Below the pieces are notes generated by a model. That model worked only from the letters and a program-made list of their open reading frames with translations, did no database searches and had not been told where the DNA came from. The translations under genes and the position numbers were made by a program. Below, one piece after another: positions 32,901 to 42,403 of a stretch of 42,403 nt of DNA. This DNA is from an uncultured Gemmatimonadota bacterium (GTDB lineage Bacteria > GCA-2686955), in contig CAZBBK010000049.1 of the NCBI GenBank assembly GCA_964490075.1, positions 1 to 42,403 on the forward strand, in the 5' to 3' direction. Numbering within the stretch: the first letter of the stretch is position 1; every line of letters starts with the position of its first letter.

Positions 32901-33289
32901 GCGACGATCGCCGACGGCTCTCTCGAGAGCAGGGCGCTGAGAGTCTCCACCCGCTGCGCCAACACCTCTACCGACGGAGACTGCGGCACCTTGTGTCCCG
33001 GATCCCAACCCGGGAAGAGCAGTGCATCGATCGAGGGATAGAGCGCGCGCAGGTCCAGGAGTCGGGAACGTGCCGCCACCTCGTCGCCGGTGATCAGCAG
33101 CACCGTCGTTGTTCGCGCCAGGTGGCCGGCCACCAGTGCGTGGGTCGGGCCGCTCAGCCCGTCGACCGAAATGCGCTCTCCGGTGCTGGAATTACGCGCC
33201 GCATCGTCCAGAGCCCGCAGCGCTTCGAAGCGATCCAGCGGCTCCGAGTCGATCACTCCCGGGGCGCGGGCCGCGCCATCCAGCTTCAC
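29951..33289 (-). CDS. mfd: Transcription-repair coupling factor
   Basis: UvrB-homology RGGIVDLF, CarD-like GDHVVHIEHG, GDVGFGKTE, IDEEHRFG, TATPIPRTL, QLRGRVGR, TRCF C-terminus; GTG start inferred just after the gyrA stop. Confidence 0.93.
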   Translation of the reverse strand: MKLDGAARAPGVIDSEPLDRFEALRALDDAARNSSTGERISVDGLSGPTHALVAGHLARTTTVLLITGDEVAARSRLLDLRALYPSIDALLFPGWDPGHKVPQSPSVEVLAQRVETLSALLSREPSAIVATRQALSAPSVDPDRLERAVEVVRVGAERDPLELVAELMERGYEQVDTVQEVGDVARRGGIVDLFSFGRSRPLRIEFWGDEVESIREFDVQSQRSVAKVDVATILPRREILLSEQERELVSAQLRSSGRPRVAERLALDPYFEGYEVTIAAILGMEPKLAHYLPERGAILLEEDQEDDREPPELDRLLPAPSHWRRIDLCELATDEQREGKCIQVATHAPPIGAGRSEGLRESVCELRGRGFRVVVFCENETHRRRCLEILEEVDPPVEVRVGVISEGFVLPQLRLAILADHEVFGRRPTVHSAPRFEEGAHVTDAFSLERGDHVVHIEHGTGLFEAMERLVVDGRRTDCLRLGYAGGDRLFVPVDQLDRVQRLRDSDESETPKGLDKLGGKAWKRRLERTRRAIETMASDLLELYAKRSETTGHRYDADGLWERELAESFPWDETPDQSRAAGEVRDDQISPRLMDRLICGDVGFGKTEIALRAAFKVVLGGGQVAVLVPTTLLAEQHHETFRARFAPYPVELRTLSRFRSSTAQARIIEEIRSGRVDIVIGTHRILSKDVHFANLGLLVIDEEHRFGVRQKEKIKALKLRADCLSMTATPIPRTLHMALSGIRDLSVIATPPKNRFPVETRVVGFSETLIREAIELELARDGQIFFVHNRVRTLPAIEGLLRGIVPRARIGVVHGQMPERPLEKTMSAFYRGEIDLLISTMIVESGLDLPNANTLFVHRADRLGLAQLHQLRGRVGRGGRRAYAYFLVPRHAHLQPRARRRLRAVRDHTELGAGYMIAMRDMEIRGTGNLLGPEQHGFIQTVGFETYCRLLSEVVGELTDGDGAPELEVRIHAEVDAYLSEDYISDPAERFTLYKRIARFTDPSQPTDLLGECRDRFGPPPEPLANLVRLKELELRLREIGVEELVLGAETARFAWSADHGPDRRTLERLAVMLEGRVVFEPSDHLSAVVRLQPDLDTVLAQVREMRGAFS

Positions 33290-33302
33290 CGTAACACCGT
33301 CA

Positions 33303-35962
33303 CTACTGAGTCGCCGACTCCGTAGAAAGCATGTCGTCTCCGGCGCCGGGGTCGTCGGGGCCTTCGGCGCCGGAGTCGTCCTCCAGGTCCTCGGCNNNNN
33401 NNNNNNNNNNNNNNNNNNNNNNNNNNNNNNNNNNNNNNNNNNNNNNNNNNNNNNNNNNNNNNNNNNNNNNNNNNNNNNNNNNNNNNNNNNNNNNNCGGCG
33501 CCGGGGTCGTCGGGGCCTTCGGCGCCGGAGTCGTCCTCCAGGTCCTCGGCTCCCAGCGTCGCCACGTCGACGATTCGGTCCGCTCCTCTGAGATCCATCA
33601 GCCGCACCCCTTGCGTCGATCGGCCGATGAGGCGCATCGCGGCGACTGACGAGCGGATCACCACGCCATCCTCGGAAAGCAGCATGACCTCGTCGCCGGG
33701 CCGCACCGCCAGGGCCGCCACCACCGCGCCATTGCGGTCCGAGCAAACGATGTTTCTAATCCCCTTGCCTCCACGCCCTTGCTTGCGATACTCGGCTTCG
33801 GAAGTGATCTTGCCGAAGCCTCGCCCACAAGCGGTGAACACCGACACACCCGCTTCGATCGGCAGCAACGAGACCGCCCGATCGTCGCCGGCCAGGCGAA
33901 TGCCCCGAACTCCTCGCGCCACGCGCCCCATGCTGCGCACGTCGGAGGCCGAGAAGCGAATACTGCTGCCACGGCGTGTCGCCAACATTACTTCGCTCTC
34001 CTCCTGGCACAGTTCCGCGCCGATCAGAGCGTCGTTCTCCTCGATGGCGATCGCCCGGATGCCCGCCCGGCGCGGCCGCGAGAAAGCCGCCAGCGGCGTC
34101 TTTTTGACCACGCCCGATTCGCATGCGAAAATCACGTAGTGCTCGCCGTTGAACTCCCGAACCGGCACGTAGGCCCTGATCTTCTCTCCCTTTTCGATCG
34201 GGATCAGGTTGACGATCGGCTTGCCCTTCGAAGTTCGACCCGCGGTCGGGATCTCGTGCACCTTTAGCCAGCGACACATGCCGCGGTTTGTGAAGAAGAG
34301 AATGTAGCTGTGAGTGGAGGCCACGAATATATGTTCCGGGAAGTCTTCGTCTCGTGTCGTGACTCCCGTCAGACCCTTGCCGCCGCGCCGTTGCGTGCGA
34401 TAGGTCGTGGTGGGCAGCCTCTTCACGTAGCCGCGATGAGAGATGGTGATGACCATATCCTCTTCGGCGATCAGATCCTCGATGTCGAAGTCCCCACTGG
34501 CCTCCACGATCTCGGTGCGGCGCGCGTCACCGTGGCGGCGGGCCACCTCTGCCAGCTCCTCCTTGATGATGCTGGAGACCCGCTCCGCGCTTCCCAAAAT
34601 CTCCCGCAGATCCTCGATCAATGCCAGCGTTTCCCGCAGGTCGTCCTCGATCTTGTCGCGCTCCAGTCCGGTGAGCTTCTGCAGGCGCATCTCCAAGATC
34701 GCTTTGGCCTGGTCCGCTGAGAGTCCGAAGGTGCTCATCAGGCCAGCGTGCGCCGACTGGGCATCGGCCGAAGCGCGGATCAGCGCAATGACCTCCTCGA
34801 TATGATCGAGCGCGATCTTCAGACCTTGCAGGATGTGGGCGCGCTGCTCCGCCTTGGCCAGGTCGAAGCGCGTCCTGCGCTCCACCACCGTGCGCCGAAA
34901 TGCGATGTACTGCGCGAGAATCTCTCGCAGGGTCATCAGCTTCGGTCGCTGGCCGTCGAGCGCCAGCATATTGGCACCAAAGGTGGTTTGAAGCTGAGTG
35001 TGTTTGTAGAGTAGGTTGCAGACCACCTCGCCGTAGGCGTCGCGTTTCAGGTCGACCACCACCCGCATACCGTCGCGATCCGACTCATCGCGGATGTCCG
35101 ATATACCCTCGATCTTCTTCTCTCTGACCAGCTCCGCCATCTTCTCGATGAGCGCGCTCTTGTTCACCATGAAGGGGATCTCGGTGATGATGATCCGCTC
35201 GCGAGACCCGTGTGCAAGCTCTTCGATCTCTGCCCGCCCACGCACGATGATCCGACCGCGCCCGGTCGTATAGGCGTCGAAGATCCCCTGGCGCCCGTAG
35301 ATGATCCCGCCGGTCGGGAAATCCGGGCCCCTGACGTAGCGCATCAGATACAGGTCGTCCAGCTCCGGATCATCGATCAGGGCGGCGATCGCTTCCGAAA
35401 CCTCGCCGAGGTTGTGGGGCGGGATGTTGGTCGCCATGCCCACGGCGATACCCGACGATCCGTTGACCAACAGATTCGGCAGCACGGTAGGCAGCACCGA
35501 AGGCTCTTCGAGACTCTCGTCGAAGTTGGGAACGAAGTCTACGGTGTCCTTGTCGATGTCGCGGAGCAGCTCTTCGGCCGCGGTGGCGAGGCGCGCCTCT
35601 GTGTAGCGCATGGCCGCGGCAGCGTCGCCGTCGACCGATCCGAAGTTGCCTTGGCCGCGTACCAAGGGGTAGCGCAGCGAGAAATCCTGCACCATGCGCA
35701 CCATGGCGTCGTAGACCGCGCCATCACCATGAGGATGGTATTTGCCCAGTACGTCACCAACGACTCTCGCCGATTTCTTGTAGGGACGATTGGGAGCCAA
35801 CCCCAGCTCCCTCATTCCAAACAGTATTCTGCGGTGGACCGGCTTCAGACCGTCGCGAACGTCGGGCAACGCGCGACGGATGATGACGCTCATCGAGTAG
35901 TCGATGTACGAGGACTTCATCTCCTCTTCGATCAGAACATCGACGATTCTTTGCTCAGACAT
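33303..35962 (-). CDS. gyrA: DNA gyrase subunit A (acidic tail spans the assembly gap)
   Basis: [21 protein letters not shown], GyrA-box QRRGGKG; after the gap the tail continues in another frame to ...[15 protein letters not shown] (33303). Confidence 0.95.
33341..33550. repeat. 100-N scaffold gap flanked by an identical 55-nt sequence
   Basis: 33341-33395 is identical to 33496-33550; Ns at 33396-33495; the 55-mer is a 51-nt unit plus cggc. Confidence 0.9.
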
Positions 35963-35986
35963 TGTTGCTTCCGGAAGGGGGCGCGA

Positions 35987-38208
<2,222 letters not shown>

Positions 38209-38250
38209 GGAGTCCCCGAAGAGGGTGTGTAGATGGCGGGGGAAACGCGG

Positions 38251-38259
38251 AGTATAGCA
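38251..38259 (-). promoter_or_regulatory. Putative extended -10 promoter for dciA-gyrB-gyrA
   Basis: Minus strand TGCTATACT (TGn-TATACT) in the recF-dciA spacer. Confidence 0.45.
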
Positions 38260-38319
38260 CGGATGGAGCAGGGCGTGGTGGGGCGTAACATCCCGTGGGC
38301 GGCAAGCTTGCGCCGTCGT

Positions 38320-39390
38320 TCAGGCGGGCGGCCGAGGGGGAAGGGCAAGCGCTTCGAGAAGCGTATAGGCTCCCGGAAGATCGGCCGTGCCAGTGTCGGT
38401 AACGATAGCCTGGGCGTCGTGGGGAAAAAGAAGATCGAGTCGGGCGACATGCTGCGGATCGAGCTCGCCCCAGAGGTCGTCGAGCAGGAGGACAGGAGGC
38501 TGAGCCAGGGAGGCGCTCAGGAGGTGCGCCTGAGCGGCGAGCAGGGCGAGAGCGAGGGACTTGCATTCACCGAGGCTGGCGTAGCTGCGGGCCGGGTGCT
38601 TGCCGAGCAGAATATCGATGTCGTCTCGATGGGGACCGATGGTGGTGTATCCGAGACGGCGATCGCGGTCGAGATTGTCCTGCAAGGCGCTCAGGGCCTC
38701 GAGAGGGTTCGCGGAAGACAGCGAAGGACGATAGCGAAGGGCCATGGAGGGCGAGGAAGGGGAAAGCCGTTCGTGGAGCCGCTGGGCCTCGACCTCGAGG
38801 CGCTCGAGGAAAGCCCCACGCTGCGCCACAATCGTGCCGCAGAGCTGAGCGAGCTGCGTGGACCAGACTTCCAGCTCTGCCGCAGGGGCGCTGGTCAAAG
38901 ACAGGTTGCGCCTGCGCATGACCACTCGGTAGTCGAGAAGACACTTGAGATACGCGGGGGATAGCGTCGAGAGAGAGAGATCCAGAAAGGTGCGGCGACG
39001 GTGCGGGCCGGAACGTACGATTTGAACGGAATCGCTGTCGACGACAACGGTGGCGAGGCGGCCGATCAGCTCGGAAAGGCGCGGCAACACCTGAGCGTCG
39101 ACTTTGACCCGCTTGGTGCCGCGGCTCCAGGAAACGCTCAGGTCGCTCGACAGTACGTCGGATTCGACCAGCCTACCCGCGACGGAGAAAGAGCGCCGCC
39201 CCACGCACACGATTTGGTGATCCGACGCACCACGGTGGGAGCGGCCGGTAGAGAGGTAGCCGATCGCCTCCAAGAGGGTCGACTTCCCCGAGCCGTTGGG
39301 ACCGATGAGCCGCAATCCGGCGCGGGGAATCGAAATTTCTCTGTCCTCGAGGGCCCTGAATCCGTTGGTGCAAAGCGTCTCGAGGTGCAC
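38320..39390 (-). CDS. recF: DNA replication/repair protein RecF
   Basis: GPNGSGKS, GPxxRRxFLD, GPHRDD, LLLDD..ELD. Confidence 0.93.
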   Translation of the reverse strand: MHLETLCTNGFRALEDREISIPRAGLRLIGPNGSGKSTLLEAIGYLSTGRSHRGASDHQIVCVGRRSFSVAGRLVESDVLSSDLSVSWSRGTKRVKVDAQVLPRLSELIGRLATVVVDSDSVQIVRSGPHRRRTFLDLSLSTLSPAYLKCLLDYRVVMRRRNLSLTSAPAAELEVWSTQLAQLCGTIVAQRGAFLERLEVEAQRLHERLSPSSPSMALRYRPSLSSANPLEALSALQDNLDRDRRLGYTTIGPHRDDIDILLGKHPARSYASLGECKSLALALLAAQAHLLSASLAQPPVLLLDDLWGELDPQHVARLDLLFPHDAQAIVTDTGTADLPGAYTLLEALALPPRPPA

Positions 39391-39419
39391 GAATCAGCCT
39401 GGAGCTCGAAAGCGTTCCT

Positions 39420-40532
39420 TCAAGCGTGCGAGTAGAGGCGCAAAGGCATGACCAGACAGAGATAACGCTCGTCGCCCTCGATCTCGTCGGGCTCCAATAG
39501 ACCCGCCTGAGTCGATCCGCCCAGGCGCATGACCACACGAGGGGAGCTGATGTGACGGAGAACCTCGAGCAGATAGACCGCATTGAAGCCGATCTCGATC
39601 GACTCGCCCTCGTAGTCGACATCGATCGTCTCCACCGCGTCGCCGACCTCTGGCGTATTGGTGGCAATCGACAAGGCGCCGGTCTCGAGGGAGAGTCGAA
39701 CTTGATGGGTTTGGCTGTGGGAAAGAACCCGGACACGCCGCAGAGCCTGAATCGCCTCTTCGCGATCGATTTCGAAGACGTTGTCGTTGTTGGCGGGAAT
39801 CACCTTCTCATAGTCGGGGAAGGGTCCTTCCAGGAGGCGCGAGTAGACCCTCGTCTGAGCGTACGAACAGGCGATGTAATTGCCGGCCAGCTCGAGCACG
39901 GCGCTCCCCTCGCTGGAGCCCAGGGTGCGGCCGAGCAGTTGCAGCGTTTTCAGGGGAACGATGGCCTCGAGCGGCTCGGCGCGAAGGCTCGGGAAGTCAT
40001 AGCGGACCAGGCGATGGCTGTCGGAGGCAACCAGACGCAAGCCTTCGGGGGAGATCTGGACCAGCGCGCCCTGCAGGTTCGGACGCGCCTCGTCGGTGGA
40101 GACCGCGAAGGTGGTGTGGTTCAGGCCACGGAGCAAAGCGGCGACCGGAATCTCGACGCCGCTGCCGGTGACGGAGGCCGGGATCCCGGGGAAGTCGGTC
40201 GCTGCCATTCCCAGGAATCGATAGGTCCGCCGCCCGCAGGTCAAGGTCGTTTGGTTGCTGTCGGTGGTGAGCGACAGAGCCTCGCTGGGAAGCTCTTTGA
40301 CGATGTCGGTGAAGCGCCGGCCGGGAACGGTGACCACCCCGTCCTCGGCACCATCGACCTCTAGCTCGGTCACCACATATACATCCAGGTCGGTTGCGGT
40401 GAGTCGAAGGCGCTTGCCTTCCAGCTCGAAGAGCAGAGTCGAAAGGATGGGAAGAGTGCTGCGCTGGGGAATGATCGCTGCCGCGCCGGTGAGGGCGTTG
40501 TGCAGGTCGTCCTTGTCGATTGAGAACTTCAA
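39420..40532 (-). CDS. dnaN: DNA polymerase III beta clamp
   Basis: LPILS, ATDLD, ASDSHRL, SRLLEGPFPDYEKVIP, IGFNAVYL, LVMPLR; TTG start. Confidence 0.97.
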   Translation of the reverse strand: MKFSIDKDDLHNALTGAAAIIPQRSTLPILSTLLFELEGKRLRLTATDLDVYVVTELEVDGAEDGVVTVPGRRFTDIVKELPSEALSLTTDSNQTTLTCGRRTYRFLGMAATDFPGIPASVTGSGVEIPVAALLRGLNHTTFAVSTDEARPNLQGALVQISPEGLRLVASDSHRLVRYDFPSLRAEPLEAIVPLKTLQLLGRTLGSSEGSAVLELAGNYIACSYAQTRVYSRLLEGPFPDYEKVIPANNDNVFEIDREEAIQALRRVRVLSHSQTHQVRLSLETGALSIATNTPEVGDAVETIDVDYEGESIEIGFNAVYLLEVLRHISSPRVVMRLGGSTQAGLLEPDEIEGDERYLCLVMPLRLYSHA

Positions 40533-40846
40533 GGGCGTGCTCCGAGGGACGGTCGGTGTGGGTTATCCACGTCTTCTGGTAAAGATGAGGGGAGTATATA
40601 TCTAAGAAGTCAGTAGTAGATGTACTGTGGATGATGTGGAGAAGTGGGTGGATGGGAAGGGGAAGGGTGGTTCATGGTATGAGCTTGTGGATGGGATGAA
40701 AAACCGAGGACGACGTGGAGAGCCTGGGGAGGAACAGGGGAGAAGGGGGGGTGCTTTCCACAGGGGCGCAGAGAGCCCACAGGTGGGTGGTGGTTATCCA
40801 CAAGCAATGCAGAGCTTTTGGACAGGGCGGATGGGGGCGATACATG
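40533..40846. other. oriC (dnaA-dnaN spacer) with DnaA boxes, DnaA-trios and a short AT-rich tract
   Basis: Perfect TTATCCACA at 40794-40802; variant boxes at 40563, 40626, 40635, 40686 and 40754; minus strand TTCTCCACA-TCATCCACA-GTAC-ATCTACTACTGACTTCTTAGATATATACT. Confidence 0.85.
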
Positions 40847-42238
40847 TCAGGCACCATCGAGGGAGGAACGGAGCTGGCGAATGGTCGCGGCGAGCTCGGG
40901 ATCGGTGTCGAGGAGATCGCGGATCTTGCCGCAGGCGTGGATGACGGTGGTGTGGTCACGGCCACCGAACTGGCCGCCGAGGTCTATGAGGGAGGCGTTG
41001 GTGAGCTCGCGGGCGAGGAACATGGCGACCTGGCGGGGGAGGGCGATCGCCTTGGTGCGCTTGGGACTGAGCAGGTCGCTCAGGGGCAGACCGAAATGCT
41101 GACAGACCTTCTTCTGAATGTCGGCGACGGTGAGGGGGCGCGACTGGGGAATCAGGTTGTCGCGCAGGACGTGCTGGGTGAGGGCGAGGGTGATGTCCTC
41201 GCCGGTGATCGAGGCGTAGGCGAGGAGGCGGATCAGGGAGCCTTCGAGCTCGCGGATGTTCGACTTGATGTGCTTTGCGATGTACTCGGTGACCTCGGGT
41301 TCGACGTCGATGCCATCGGCGGCGGATTTCTTGCGGAGAATGGCGATGCGAGTCTCGAGATCGGGAACCTGGATGTCGGTGACCAGACCCCACTCGAAGC
41401 GGGAAATCAGGCGCTCTTCGAGGGTGTGGAGCTCTTTCGGGGGGCGGTCGCTGGTCAGGACGATCTGCTTGTGGGAGTCATAGAGAGTATTGAAGGTGTG
41501 AAAGAACTCCTCCTGGGTGGCTTCCTTTCCTTGAAGGAATTGGACGTCGTCGATCAAGAGAAGGTCCACGCCGCGGTACTTGCGGCGGAAGGCGATGCGG
41601 TCGTTTTCCTGGATCGATGAGATCATCTCGTTCATGAAGGTCTCGGCGGAGACGTAGAAGACGCGCAGATCGGGGCGGATGTGGCGAACGTGGTTGCCGA
41701 TCGCCTGCATGATGTGGGTCTTGCCGAGGCCGCTGCCGCCATAGATGAAGAGCGGGTTGTAGGTCATGGCGGGGGTGTCGGCGACGGAGCGGGCGGCTGC
41801 CTGGGCGAATTGATTGCCGCGGCCGACGATAAACTGGTCGAAGGTGTAGCGGGGGTTGAGGGCGGGAGAGAGGGTGCGCGGCGAGGGGGGGGAAGGAGGA
41901 CGGGGAGAGGGCGCCGGGGGGGCGGGGGGAGGATCGGCGGGACGGGCGGAGGGACGGCGATCGTCGACCGTGAGTTGGATGCGGCGATGGAAGCCGGTAA
42001 CGGCCCGGAGGGTGTTGGTCAGGGTTTGCAGGTAGTTTTCTTCGATCCATTCGCGAAAGAAGCGCGAGGGAACGGTCAAGTGGAGGGCCTCGTCGTCGAG
42101 GGCGGAAGGTCGGATCGGCTCCAGCCAGGTTCGATAGGCCTGGGCGGACATGCTCTGTTGAAGAGTGGCGGCGACCTCGCTCCAAAGGGTTTGAAGCGGG
42201 GGAGGAGAAGCGGGGGTGGTGGCGTCGTCCGGCGTCAT
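40847..42238 (-). CDS. dnaA: Chromosomal replication initiator DnaA
   Basis: YNPLFIYGGSGLGKTH, LLIDDVQF, RLISRF, NIRELEG, FGGRDHTTV; start MTPDD preferred over the track's 42346. Confidence 0.98.
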   Translation of the reverse strand: MTPDDATTPASPPPLQTLWSEVAATLQQSMSAQAYRTWLEPIRPSALDDEALHLTVPSRFFREWIEENYLQTLTNTLRAVTGFHRRIQLTVDDRRPSARPADPPPAPPAPSPRPPSPPSPRTLSPALNPRYTFDQFIVGRGNQFAQAAARSVADTPAMTYNPLFIYGGSGLGKTHIMQAIGNHVRHIRPDLRVFYVSAETFMNEMISSIQENDRIAFRRKYRGVDLLLIDDVQFLQGKEATQEEFFHTFNTLYDSHKQIVLTSDRPPKELHTLEERLISRFEWGLVTDIQVPDLETRIAILRKKSAADGIDVEPEVTEYIAKHIKSNIRELEGSLIRLLAYASITGEDITLALTQHVLRDNLIPQSRPLTVADIQKKVCQHFGLPLSDLLSPKRTKAIALPRQVAMFLARELTNASLIDLGGQFGGRDHTTVIHACGKIRDLLDTDPELAATIRQLRSSLDGA

Positions 42239-42358
42239 GGACAAGGTTCGTCCTCTTTGGCGAGTAGTGAGAGGAAGAAGGATTGCAGCCAGGGAAGCGG
42301 AGCCAGAAGCGGAAAATGGGAAGAGTCGGAAGTCATTGAAGAACAATGAATTCGGTAG

Positions 42359-42391
42359 TTATCCTCAAGACTATCCACAGAACGATCCACA
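42359..42391. promoter_or_regulatory. DnaA-box cluster upstream of dnaA
   Basis: TTATCCTCA (42359), CTATCCACA (42371), CGATCCACA (42383): same orientation, 12-bp period; truncated by the window edge. Confidence 0.7.
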
Positions 42392-42403
42392 GGGGAGAAA
42401 GGG

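Noticed and set aside
29951-35962. 2003-aa GyrA-Mfd fusion ORF
   Set aside because: It is read through 100 Ns with duplicated flanks. The GyrA tail continues in another frame to a TAG at 33303, and mfd starts separately at about 33289.
41870-41960. G-run-rich tract in dnaA
   Set aside because: It encodes the Pro-rich domain II linker, which is normally variable.

Overview
GC-rich bacterial chromosomal segment around the replication origin, probably from an uncultured diderm of the FCB/Gemmatimonadota-like group (inference from gene content only). The right half is one long minus-strand cluster: dnaA-[oriC]-dnaN-recF-dciA-gyrB-gyrA-mfd, two parvulin/SurA-like chaperones, an S4 protein, pdxA-holB-rsmA, then an unknown beta-barrel, a lipoprotein and a degenerate PIG-L-like protein. 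The left half is a plus-strand cluster: tRNA-Ala(CGC), SRP RNA, dnaX-ybaB-recR-pgsA-pgpA-cinA-recA-alaS, a group II GGGP synthase, DUF523, a YbbR-like protein, tsaD, a vWA membrane protein, a sigma54 activator, an acidic repeat lipoprotein and a beta-barrel. The two clusters converge on a shared CTAG. The first 850 bp hold a partial beta-helix gene, an orphan IS21-like end and four palindromic ~51-bp repeats. The window is mostly housekeeping. The best leads are a candidate -1 frameshift cassette in dnaX with non-E. coli slippery sites, the group II GGGPS, a possibly sigma54-driven lipoprotein/barrel pair, and a Bacillus-type DnaA-box/DnaA-trio origin. The 2003-aa 'GyrA-Mfd fusion' in the ORF track is an assembly-gap artefact. 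All calls come from reading motifs by eye; no searches were run.
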